DNA from: Cyanophora paradoxa CCMP329
Lineage: Eukaryota; Plantae; Glaucophyta
Assembly (NCBI GenBank): GCA_004431415.1
Contig: QPMI01000445.1
Location: forward strand, 208,576-272,575
Reading direction: 5' to 3'
DNA length: 64,000 bases
Under the pieces are notes generated by a model that had not been told where the DNA came from, did no database searches, and was given only the letters and a program-made list of their open reading frames with translations. Both the position numbers and the translations under genes were made by a program. This document shows, piece after piece, positions 1 to 10,278 of the stretch (positions are counted from its first letter, which is position 1; the number at the start of each line of letters is the position of its first letter).

Positions 1-3000
1 TCGATGGGTTTATCATGCGACGCTGACTCGAAAATCAAAAGTATGTCGAACCCGGAAGGCGCGACGCAGCCACCTGGGAGTAGACTTTATTCTACCGAGG
101 AGAGATTATTTTAAAACAAAGCAGCGAAAAGCGAGTGAAGATCAAAGAGCAAATTCAACCTGAGTCGCTGCGCAGAGCAAGTTTGAAGTCAAAGTGAGCT
201 CAAATTGCAGGTGTTAGAGCTTATCAATAAAGGCAATTGAAGTCTATGCAACGGAGAGGTCGCTGCTCTCAGAGCAGCTCGATGATTGAGAAGCAGCGAC
301 GGTATTGGAATACGTAGCCGCGCATGCTCGCAGAGCGAGTTATAATTATATAAAATTATGATCAAGAGCAGTAAAGGAAAAGGGCGCCAACGTTCTACCC
401 ACGCGTCCTCCTTCAAAATGCAAGCGCACCGTAGAGGTCTGCTCGGCACAAGGAGGAGAGCGCATAAGAGTTTGCTTCTGTTTAAAAACGTAAAGGTCAT
501 AATCGCACCTCCTCCGGCGGAAAGTTCTTCATTTTGCCTCGCAGGACCCCTACAATAGCGACGTTGGTGAAGTTGGCGATAGTATATATTGCGTAATATT
601 CCGAACCAGTATGTTTTGCTAAAGAATGTTGCCGTGTCGGCCGTTTCTTCAGGCTCTCCAGCCGTGGTCCCGAATTGAGAGTCCTGATCTGCTGCAGGTT
701 TAGTTTGGTCGAGCTGTTTTCACACACAACCTCAGTCACCAGGGTCGACCTCTCTGCACGTGTATTTCATCATAAGTAAAAGCTAAAAGAGCGGACGGGA
801 TGATACGAGCCAGTACTAGTAGCACCTGAGATAATAAGGAACGTAAGCGGGAGCAGTCCCCTCATTTTTGATTTCAACATCGATGTAGACTGCTCACAGG
901 TTTAAAGTTGATCACGAGTACTCGATAGCAGCAAAAAAACGCACTGATCATGTCGGTCATGTCAGTCACGAGGTGGGTGTGCGTGAATGAAACAAGGGAA
1001 TTGTGGTCGACGGCTTTATGGATCACGGTGACTCCCAAATCGTCGACTGACTTGGACACAATGCTTCCCTTGAGAGCCGTTGAGTTTGCTCCGGAGTAAG
1101 CTGAAACGGCAGAGACGGTAGACTAGTCAGCCGATGGTTTTAGCCAGATGCGGCAAGAAGCGGAAATCAGGTACTGGTGCTTTCGAAGAACTGGCACTGT
1201 CCATGCGCTTGTGATCCCGGATTCACTCTCGCATCGCAACTGACATTCCTTCGTAGCCCTGTAGAGGAAGTCCATGGCCATCCACAGATATCGCGATCGA
1301 TCAGCGTGCGTCGCAACCCCGCCTTCTCTACAAATTTAGGGACAAAGCGCGCTGCTTACCATGCTTTGATACAGAAACCATGAAACGAGCACAGTGAGTT
1401 CGCAGATCGCAAGCGCGCATCGCGCGTCCGCACAAAATGATGCACTCACATTCCCAAAGCCCTGCGTGTAAGCCCTATCAGCTCGGCACAACACCAGCGG
1501 AAGGTTCGCATCACCTTTCCGTTGACCATGGTTCCCCACTAGCGCGTTTGGACGTTAGCGAAAAAACAAGCGAGCGATCGCGGTATAACGCGACCGCGGA
1601 TGCACCCCCTCATACGGAGTTCCTGGCTGCTCTCAAGTAAATAACGCGCACGCACAAAATCGAAATAACAGTGATATCAATGAACGTTTGCACACCACAA
1701 AGTAATCCCTGCGCGCAATGGAGGAAGCAAAATTAAAACCGAGCACTGGATCTTTTCAATTCTGCTGCGGTGCACGCGCGCGTACCCGCAAACGGCAATC
1801 TGCCGGCCTTTCATCCATCCCTTCCCAGTGGCCTTGTCAAGCGTTGAGACATCGGGAATGTAATTGTCCCAGTCGGGCCACGCTGAAGGAAAGCGCATCG
1901 GCTTGAAATAACGATCACAGGTATACGATATCTACACGAAAAAGCGCAGACTAACGCACAATTCCAGCCTGCGGACCGAAATTTGTGAGCGGAAATGCGT
2001 CATAGCAGCAAAGGGAATCAAAAAGCATTCACCGTCCGCATCACTGTCAGCGAAAAGACCTGTGGTAACGATAGTGTCTTCAGCAACATGCGCAGTATTT
2101 GAATTCGAGAGTTCTTCCGCTTTTCGAACCAATTGCGGAAAGCGTTGTCAGATGTGGCGATGAGGTGAGCCAGGAACGAGGAATTCGTGCCGGGTCCAGC
2201 GCATGCGTCCCTGTTGGAATTTCGCTCATGTGCTGCAGGGCTGAGCTCTACGAAAGCTCAAGTGTTACCAAAGGTGCCCTCGACATGGTGAAAGCCTGCG
2301 CAGATGTATTTGGAGCACGCAAGCACATCTCTGGGCGATGGTCGAATCAAAACGTCTGGCATTAAAACTTGCAAGGCAAAAGAAAAGCCGCGGCACCCCG
2401 TGTAGATGTCAACGGCTTGCTGCAATGGCATACTGATTGCTAAGCGTCCTCGAATCTCAAAGAGAGGCAAAGTCAGCAACGGAACAGCGGCTGCGCGCAA
2501 ACAAAATGACGAGAGGGGAACAGTCAGTTCGTTTGCGGATTGTTTAAAGCTGACACAGCTCACATTGATCAAACGCTGCAGTGATTCCCGCGCTGCCTGT
2601 CCCCCAGACGTCGCTGTTGCGCACTCTGTTCTTCCTTCAGATATGCAGCCGCGCGGATTGAAGGAGCGGAATGAGGGGGCGAAAAATGCGAACCCGAAAT
2701 AAAACTCTTGAGTAATTCGCCAGACAGCGTCTTTCAGACATGCATGTGTGGAATATATATAGGAAAAACGGGGACGAACCAGTTCTGTTAGAGCTCGGGT
2801 AGGAAAAGAACTGTTCGCCGCTCAAAATTGCTGTAAGACGACAAGAGCTTAACTAATGCAGAGAAATATTGATATGAAAAACGATCGCTCGAACCGAGCC
2901 ATCTGCACAACCGGAGACAGTTGATAAAGCGATTGAGATCGAAGTAAAATAATAGATACATCGCCATACCTTGGGAAGCTTGCGCCTCCATCTTGGGAAC

Positions 3001-4684
3001 CGCGGATACGCAGTCCCGTTTTACCATAAGCAGTAGTATTGAGCCGTCGGACGAATCTAGTCCGAGTAATTGTCTCGTTGTTTCGTCGGCTGAGCAATGT
3101 TCGGCGTTAGACGCCTTAACTAATTAACAAGTCCTATTGAAGAGTATTTGCTTGAGTGATCGAATGTACCCGAGATAAGCTGTGCATGAGTGATCCTGAG
3201 TATACAAAGAACGATTATCACGATAGAAAGAGCCGGACCGTGTGGTTGGAAGTACTTGTAGGTGCCATCGTCCGAGTCTTGGACGGCCATACCGAATTTA
3301 TACGTGGCCCCGCCTGGCCTTTCCAGTCTTAGGCACCACTGCCGTGGCAACGTTATCGGCTCGTCACAGGTGATCTTGTAATCCTTCACGTGCATATCGG
3401 TCATGGGTCAAAATACCTGCGGAGAAAGGATATATATTAAAATATTGCAAACCTTGGTTGGAATCGTTGCGCCTTGGGTGTTGTTGAAACCGTTGACAAC
3501 ATCCACGCCAAGTTTTATCCCGCAGGTTCCAATAGTTGTCATGTCAAGCATGCTCTCTGCGTATCATCAATCTTAAGTTTTTTGACTGGGTATGCGATTG
3601 ACTAGAGGCATTAATATTGCACCAGGATGACAAGATACTGATGGAGCTTGCCGGCAGTACCCCGGGCAAAATAAGCACTCTTCAGGCTGTCCAGCTGTCG
3701 GGAAATATTGGCCCTGGATCCATTGCTGTCTGAACCGGTACTCGGTGAAAGACGCCTTGAAGTTGTACGAGTCGCTGAGTGCATCATCCTCGGAATCGGG
3801 GGTGGCCCCGGCGCCTTTCTTGTAGACTCTGGATGAGCGTGAACATTTGCATGCGAATAAACAGGCATGATCATGAACGTTGACAACGTTAGCGGAAAAC
3901 GGAAGCAGCTGCCGCACGTGAACCAGACAGCTGTCACGTTGACCGGCGCATTCGTCCTGCGGCTGCAGTACCACCTGCACTGAAGCGAGTTTGCACGATT
4001 CAAAGGATCTGAACGCAACGCGTCGCTGACCATGCGTCTGGAGAATTTTGAAGCAGAGAGCGCGCGCCATTCACGGACACGTAATGTTAGCGCGCATTGC
4101 GGAGACAGCTATGATCATGAGTTGAATCCGATGTTTCGCACCGTACAGCCCCCGCTTCGTTCCTTGAGCTCCGCTCCCATAATAGGGATAATCCTTGGCT
4201 TTCTTGATTTCCCCATCCTTCTGGTTGACCGAGCCCGTCGGACGCCGGTAGGTCGACAGGAGCACTGCGATACTGTGAACTACAATTCGACGGGCACTGC
4301 ATTTGCACAACCGGTCGCTCGCACCCTTCCCTGATTTCGAATCGAGAGGAACGGGGTTTGCGCTCAGCCAAGTGCTACCGTAGTAGTCGGGGTGTCCCGT
4401 CGCCCCCACCTCCTGAATCACGACGCATAGCTATAGTCAGCAGTGGCTCAGCATGCACCATATGCTGACATTTCGAACAGCGCTGGCATGCAATTGCACA
4501 TGCGCACGCCGAAATCCTGATAGGTGACCTCCGGCTCCTCGGCCAGCGCAAGTCCGAGAAGCACGGCGGCGCCGATCACAGCCAGCAACGCGGCGACGGA
4601 CGTCGTTGCCACGAAAGGCTGACCAGTTCTCCATCGCAGCCGATCGCGGTGCAGGCCTAGGCCGTGACAGGCCGCGGTGTGCAT
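1..4684 (-). CDS. Multi-exon gene, unknown secreted/membrane protein; 3' end uncertain, probably beyond the window edge
   Basis: ATG at 4684 leads into a hydrophobic segment (VAALLAVIGAAVLLGLALAEE). Protein-like exon fragments follow in successive minus-strand ORFs (4071-4421, 3573-4070, 3120-3404, 1677-1898, 874-1059), separated by short GT..AG segments. No family recognised. Confidence 0.5.
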
Positions 4685-5245
4685 CCGTGAGCGTACGCGC
4701 CGCAGCCGACCCGCAGCCGACCCGTGCTCGCTCCACGCTTGGACTGCGAAGATCGCAGCTGCAGTACTAGTGGACGCACGCGTGCGTGTACGATGATACC
4801 TGCTCGCGCGCGCTACATATACGTACAGAACGAACTACCTGGTGCGAATTCGAACCCTCAGCCTGAAGGAGTCGATCGACTCACTGAGTCAGTCTCACTG
4901 TGAGACTGTCACAGTGTGTGACTCACTTGAGTCACAGTGTGAGACTGCTGTGACTCCGTACGAGTCCCGAGTCCCGACTCCCGAGTCCCGAGTCCGTAGT
5001 ACTACTACTGTCCTACTAGCTATCATGTAGACGTTAAGCATGCGCATAAGTATTAAGTAGTCGCCGCAATCTCTGGGCCTCTGGCCCGCAGACTCGGACT
5101 CACAGGACTTACTGAGTGACGTCTGAGTCGACACTGACTCGACAGTGACTCGACACAGAGCAGTCACGCCGCAGCTGCAGTACTACTAGTAGTGTTAGGC
5201 GGCACACGGCCCGACAGTGTTAACTTACAAGCAACTTGGCAAGTG

Positions 5246-5528
5246 CTGTAAAACATGCAATATCCAGCGTGACCGTCGGACTTTATTTCGGCAAAACCGG
5301 AAAAATGCACCGAAATTGTACGTGGTTCTTCGGCATCATATTTTCGGCATGCGCAACACAGCCAGTCCGCCCAGCTGCAGGCGGCGGGTACATTGATCCC
5401 TCTTCTGCCATACATCTGCATACTAGTAATTCTGGCAGTTTCAAATATTCGGTGCCGCGAGGCTATGCCGAATAACGCCGAATATTAAGTGCCGCAGTGC
5501 ATGCCGCCAGAGATTTTATGTTTTACAG
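5246..5528. mobile_element. Tc1/mariner-type MITE, TIR CTGTAAAACAT..
   Basis: Left end CTGTAAAACATGCAATATC; right end GAGATTTTATGTTTTACAG followed by TA. The left TSD reads TG. Confidence 0.65.
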
Positions 5529-5549
5529 TACGTATACAGTATACTACTA

Positions 5550-5827
5550 CCGTAAAACACTTGAGTAATGCGCGCATGCGCACTCCAGTAATGCTGTAAT
5601 TAATTGATGCGTTTTCTGCAATGAAAACGCATTAATTTGGTACCGCATAAATTAGCGGCATAAAGGTCCGCATTATTATCAAAACGCTAAGAAACGGCTG
5701 TATGTACCCCCCTGCCGCAGCCAAAAAGCTTCAAAACGCATTAATTTGGTGCCGCGTTAATAGCCATAATAGGGGTCCGGGTCCATAAACGCAGTAATTT
5801 CAGGCGCATTACTCAAGTGAAATACGG
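5550..5827. mobile_element. Tc1/mariner (Tc2/pogo-like) MITE, family A
   Basis: TA|CCGTAAAACACTTGAGTAATGCGC ... GCGCATTACTCAAGTGAAATACGG|TA, with internal AAAACGCATTAATTTGG repeats. A related inverted copy lies at 28531-28778. Confidence 0.85.
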
Positions 5828-6448
5828 TAGTAGTAGTAGTAAGTAAACGTAGTCCGTAATCAACACTATATTTTGGAGATATCTCTAGCCCCATTGGGCC
5901 GGGGATTCTACAGACTGATCATGAAGAAAACAGTTCTCGCCAATGGTATATTGCCACCCCCGGGTATCGATCGAAATTGATGTACCGTTAACGTTCGAAT
6001 TCACTGTTAACGTTGCCGCCGTTCAACTTGCCGGCGGCCGCGGCCGGCCCAGCGCTAGCCTAGTACTAGTAGCCGGCGACTAGCCGCCCCGCCGGGCCGC
6101 CGCCCCGCGCGCGGCCCGGCGGCCATGGCATGGCCAGCTGCGGCCGGGCCCGCCGGGCCCGGCCCGGCGGCCGCGGGGGCCGCGGCCCGCGGGCCGCGGG
6201 TTGTGGGCCCAATTGCAAGTTGTGCCGCCCAACTTGTGGGCCCACTTGCCAAGTTGCGGGCCAACTTGCAACCGTTGAACTTCGTTGCAACTTGCAATTG
6301 CAACTTGCGGGCAAGTTGCGGCGGGCATGCGCATGCGCATCAGTAAAATCAGTACAAGCAGGGGGGCTCCGCCCCCCCCGCACCCCCCCCGCTTGCTAGC
6401 TGGGTACAGACCGTACGTATATGTATACAGCTATAAGTCCATGGATTT

Positions 6449-6713
6449 AAATTGACCAATCACCAAATCGCTCGAGTTTCCGACTGGGGCTTTTGACTCG
6501 ACTCGCGTAGTAAGCGATTTTGACGTACCCATCCTGTATTAAATCGACCAATCACCAAATTGCCCGAGTTTCAGACTGAAGCTTTTTGACTCGACTCGCT
6601 GTAGTAATATATTGGCATTTTCCGCCAGCGGAAGGGTCCCACGCTGTGGTAATCGATTGGCATTTTCTGCCAGCGAAAGGGTCCCGCGGCATTTTCTGCC
6701 AGCGAAAGGGTCC
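6449..6713. repeat. Sub-repeat cluster (two ~92-bp-spaced units, then three GGCATTTT..GCCAGCG.AAGGGTCCC units), probably a transposon remnant
   Basis: AAAT.GACCAATCACCAAAT.G..CGAGTTTC at 6449 and 6541; three ~27-bp repeats between 6614 and 6713. Confidence 0.6.
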
Positions 6714-6721
6714 CAGGGGTA

Positions 6722-6964
6722 CAGTAAACCATAGTACTACGCGGCCTGGAACCGCTTGTTTTTTTACTACTCAACAAATGAAATGCACAATTACACCATT
6801 GGTCGCTGTTTCCAGTGGCATTTTTTTGCTTCTCCAAGCTCAAACCGGCCGTAGTTTGCAGGTCACAAACGTCAAATTTGGCAGCAAAAGGTAAGTGCCG
6901 ATTTCCTAGTTTCAAATTCCCAGCCTGGCCTGGTAGTGTGGTGAAAAGGTACTATAGTTCATTG
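6722..6964. mobile_element. Tc1/mariner-type MITE, TIR CAGTAAACCATAGTAC
   Basis: TA|CAGTAAACCATAGTAC ... GTACTATAGTTCATTG|TA; 3 mismatches between the TIRs. Confidence 0.6.
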
Positions 6965-6991
6965 TACTACTGTTATACGTAAAATCGACGG

Positions 6992-7065
6992 TATACTAGT
7001 ACGTACTAGTACGGTACTACGGTACTACTAGTAGTACCGTAGTACAGTACTAGTACTACCTAGTA
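6992..7065. repeat. Chain of 22 TA dinucleotides separated by 0-3 nt (C, G, CG, CC, CCG, CGG, CAG): putative Tc1/mariner excision-footprint array
   Basis: Parsed directly from the sequence; the linkers match the terminal bases of neighbouring MITEs. Confidence 0.65.
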
Positions 7066-7160
7066 ATTTACTACGCGTACGGTATTAGTACTAGTACTGT
7101 AAGCGTCGGTAACTAGTAAGGACTCTACTAAGGAGTCTACTAAGGAGTCGTAGCTATAGT

Positions 7161-7507
7161 TAGGGCACTGGCCGGCGGGTCTAGACCCTTGCACCGGGGC
7201 TGGCCCAAAATTTCAAGTCCTTGCACCGGGGCTGGCCCTAGCGGCTAGGCGGCTCCAAAATCTCGGCTGGCTTGGCAGCGGCTTGCCAGTTACTATATAT
7301 GGTACAAGTGGCCAGCGCGGCTTGGCTGGCTTGGAGCAGCTCGCGCTAACTTCACCAAATCTTCGTTCGCTGGCTCGATTGCGAGCCCAGGGCTTGATGA
7401 CTTGGAAGGCAAGCCATAGAAAGCCGGCAAAACCCCTTGGCTGGCAAGCCAGGGTTTCGGCCCCCTGGCCGGCGAGCTAGCCAGCTTGGCCGCCGGCCAG
7501 TGCCCTA
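7161..7507. mobile_element. hAT-type MITE
   Basis: Perfect 18-bp TIR TAGGGCACTGGCCGGCGG. The 8-bp TSD GTCGTAGT is intact on the right; the left copy is interrupted by CTATAG. Confidence 0.8.
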
Positions 7508-7583
7508 GTCGTAGTAAGGACTACGCGTACGGTATTAGTACTAGTACGGTAAGCGTCGGTAACTAAGTACGGTAAGCGTCGGT

Positions 7584-7844
7584 AATACCAGATCGGAAAT
7601 TAGTGGATCGTAAAACTTCGCCCTCCCACAGGCGAAGTACTGGAGCCCGAAATTAGTGGATCGTAAAACTTTCAGGCTTGTATGGGGCGGTAATTTTGAG
7701 GGGTATACTATGAAGCCGCTTCTCATCAGGGAATTAGTGCACGTGGAGCCGGAAATTAGTGGACTGAGTCAAGATTTCAGTCCACTAATTTCCGGCTCCA
7801 CTAATTTTCAGCGTCCAGTATTTTCCTGTTACACGCCGTGACGG
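7584..7844. mobile_element. Tc1/mariner-type MITE, family B, left TIR truncated
   Basis: Reverse-complement homolog of 27587-27847, with repeated AAATTAGTGGA; right end GTATTTTCCTGTTACACG[CCGTGACG]G|TA. Confidence 0.85.
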
Positions 7845-8269
7845 TAGTGAACCCGGGAATCGGGCGGCCCCGGGCTCTGGCCCGGGTGGCCCCTGGGCCA
7901 TGGGCCGGGCCCGGGGGGCCGGGGCCCGGCCGCCCGGGGGCCGGGGGACCGGGGCCAGGGGGCCCGGCCGGGAGTCCGGGAGTCCACTCCGGCCCACTCC
8001 GGCCGGGAGTCGGCCCGGCCGGCGGCCGGCGCCGGCGCCGCCGGGAGTCTGGGACTCGCCGACTCGGCGAGTCGGGACTCGGGACTCTCCGCCGAGTCTC
8101 CGGGACTCGGGACTCGGGACTCGGGACTCGGGAGTCGGGAATCGACTCGGGATTCGGGAATTCGCCAAGTCAGATCGGAATCCTTGAATCATTGAATGTG
8201 TGATGATTCACTGATCATGACGGATCACTGATGATGTGTTGCCGGCGGCCGGCCAATAGCATCACCGAT

Positions 8270-8381
8270 AACTACCGCGAGGCACTAAATTACCGCCGGC
8301 CTACCAATTCAAATCAACCGTACCCCGGAATTACTAAATATTTTGCGGTCTTACATTGTATTACCCGTTCTAGATCTACAG
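8270..8381. mobile_element. One end of a Tc1/mariner-type MITE, family D
   Basis: Ends ..CCGTTCTA[GATCTA]CAG|TA; its reverse complement loosely aligns with 29071-29160 (TA|CTGTAGAAC..AAAATA.TTAGTA..). Confidence 0.45.
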
Positions 8382-8491
8382 TAATGCCCTCACTGCCCTA
8401 TCACGGAGGCGAATTCGAAGGGGGACGATGCGAAAGAGCGCAAGCGCTAGCAGAGCTCGAGCTAGCTCGAGCTCGAAGCGCTAGGCTGCAC

Positions 8492-8974
8492 TAGTCACTG
8501 AGTGCTGGGTTCAGTCAGGGTACCGGTCCACCTCAAGATTCAGTCAGGCTACCGTGCAAAAACTGAGGAAAATGACCCGGAAATGACCCAGATCTAGATG
8601 CGATCCATCTAAGTTCAAGGTTGCGATGGCAAGCACAGTGCGCGGGCGGTAGAGGGTGATTATGCGAGCGAAGAATACTGGAGAAACGAATTCGGCCCCG
8701 CCAGGTGCACGTGTCAAATGCCGTTAGCCTCGTTAGCGCGGGCGATTTCTTGACGATTCCGACGACAGAAGAACATTTTTCGGTCGACCCAAGTCAAGCT
8801 TCAGATGGGAAAAGCCCACATGTACAGGGGGACACGCTTCAGCAGGCTGTTGTATGGGACTGAGAGAACTTCATGATCAGTCGGCCAATTAAATTTGGTG
8901 CCTCAGTCGGGTCAGTCAGACCCTCTGACTTTGACTGACACTGTGTAGTCTGACAGTGACTGAACCCAGCCCTA
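8492..8974. mobile_element. hAT-type MITE
   Basis: 8-bp TSD GGCTGCAC at 8484-8491 and 8975-8982. TIR TAG.GCTGGGTTCAGTCA; the left copy carries an 8-nt insertion. Confidence 0.8.
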
Positions 8975-9296
8975 GGCTGCACTGCCGCTGCAGATCTAGA
9001 GCTACGTACGTAGTACGTACGCGTCGAACCGTAGCTATAGACTCAGCCTATAGTACGCAGATCTAGATCTAAAGGACCGGCCCGGCGGGGCGGAATATTA
9101 ATGCTGGACTCCGGGAGAACGGGACCGTCCAGACCATACCAGCTGCAGTATGCATGATATGTATAGAAGTGAAGGGCGACGCGGCGGCGGATCCGGATTC
9201 CGGACCCGGGAGGGACTGCACTGGGCCTTGCAGCCTGCAGGAGAGAGGGGCCGTGGAGGCGGAATTCGAATTCAATTATATATATATATATTATTC

Positions 9297-9892
9297 ATGA
9301 TTCGTTGTTTCCGTCCCGGAGTCCGAGCTCGAGGCTTGCCTGCGGCGCCTGCGCCCGCGGCCGTGCGCGCATGCACGCCGCCCCATCCGATGATCGTCTC
9401 TCTCTCTCCTGCTCTCGAATATTAATGCCTTTGCAGACCAGGTCCACGCGCGCTAGCGCTGCATCGACAGCTGGCGGGCAACCCCGCTGTGGACCATCGG
9501 ACGAGCTGCCCGGAGTGCGGCGCCTCCTTCGAGCTCGAGACCCCCCCCCCCCCCCCCCCCGCCCCCCCCCCCCCCCCGCCCCCTCCCCTCCCCCCCTTCC
9601 CCCTCCTCCTCCGTCCGGAGGGGGCGGCCGCGGAGGAGGCGTCATCGGCCAAGAAGATCTAGAGGCCGATCGCGAGCAGCTGCAGGTCGGCAATGGTGCC
9701 CGCGGGAGGGGGGCGGGGCTGGGCCCCGGCCGGGCCGGGGCCGCCCCCGGGGGCTCCGCGTTAACTAATCATAAGTCCGGCGGCAGGGGGCCCCGGGCCG
9801 GGGCGGTACCGGTTGCGGGGTCCGAGGCGGCCGCCAGGGTGGCGCCCGAGGCCTGGCGGCGCGGCGCGGGTCCGGAGGGCGGCGGTGACTAG
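9297..9892 (+). CDS. Possible small Pro/Gly-rich gene or gene fragment
   Basis: ATG at 9297, then a GTGCGC..TTTGCAG intron joining in frame to an ORF with a poly-Pro run. No recognisable domain. Confidence 0.2.
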
Positions 9893-10278
9893 GGAATACT
9901 AAGAAACCAAAAGGCGGTTACGGCGGCTGCGGGGCCGATGCATATGGCTTCGAATTCGCCTATGGAGCCGGCGTAGACATGCGGGATGGGCGCGAGGTCG
10001 GGGCCCGTGAGGCCCGTACGCGTGACGCCGGCGCCCAGGAGGGCAGAGGCGGTGGCGGCGGGACGCAGGCCTAGGCGTGTGCGGCGTGAGCTTAAGCCTT
10101 ATAAATTAGGAGTGTTTGTATTTACACGGACGGGACTATCTGCGCGATCGTAATGAAGTCGATCGGGGGGAAATTAAAGATCGGACAGCCAGCTGCAGCT
10201 GTCCTAGTCTGAGTCCGATTCGCAGCTGCTGAAGGCCGCCGGGTCGAGGGGGGCCTGTGCATGCACGCAACCTCTCAG

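Larger units (their letters stand above)
4850..9100. repeat. Left intergenic island of packed MITEs and palindromic low-complexity spacers
   Basis: At least six TIR-bounded elements, with TA-rich and GASTC-rich self-complementary spacers; no credible coding sequence. Confidence 0.85.

Noticed and set aside
4850-9100. ORFs in the islands as transposase or other genes
   Set aside because: They are low-complexity translations of palindromic DNA; I saw no DDE, HTH or other transposase motif anywhere in the window.
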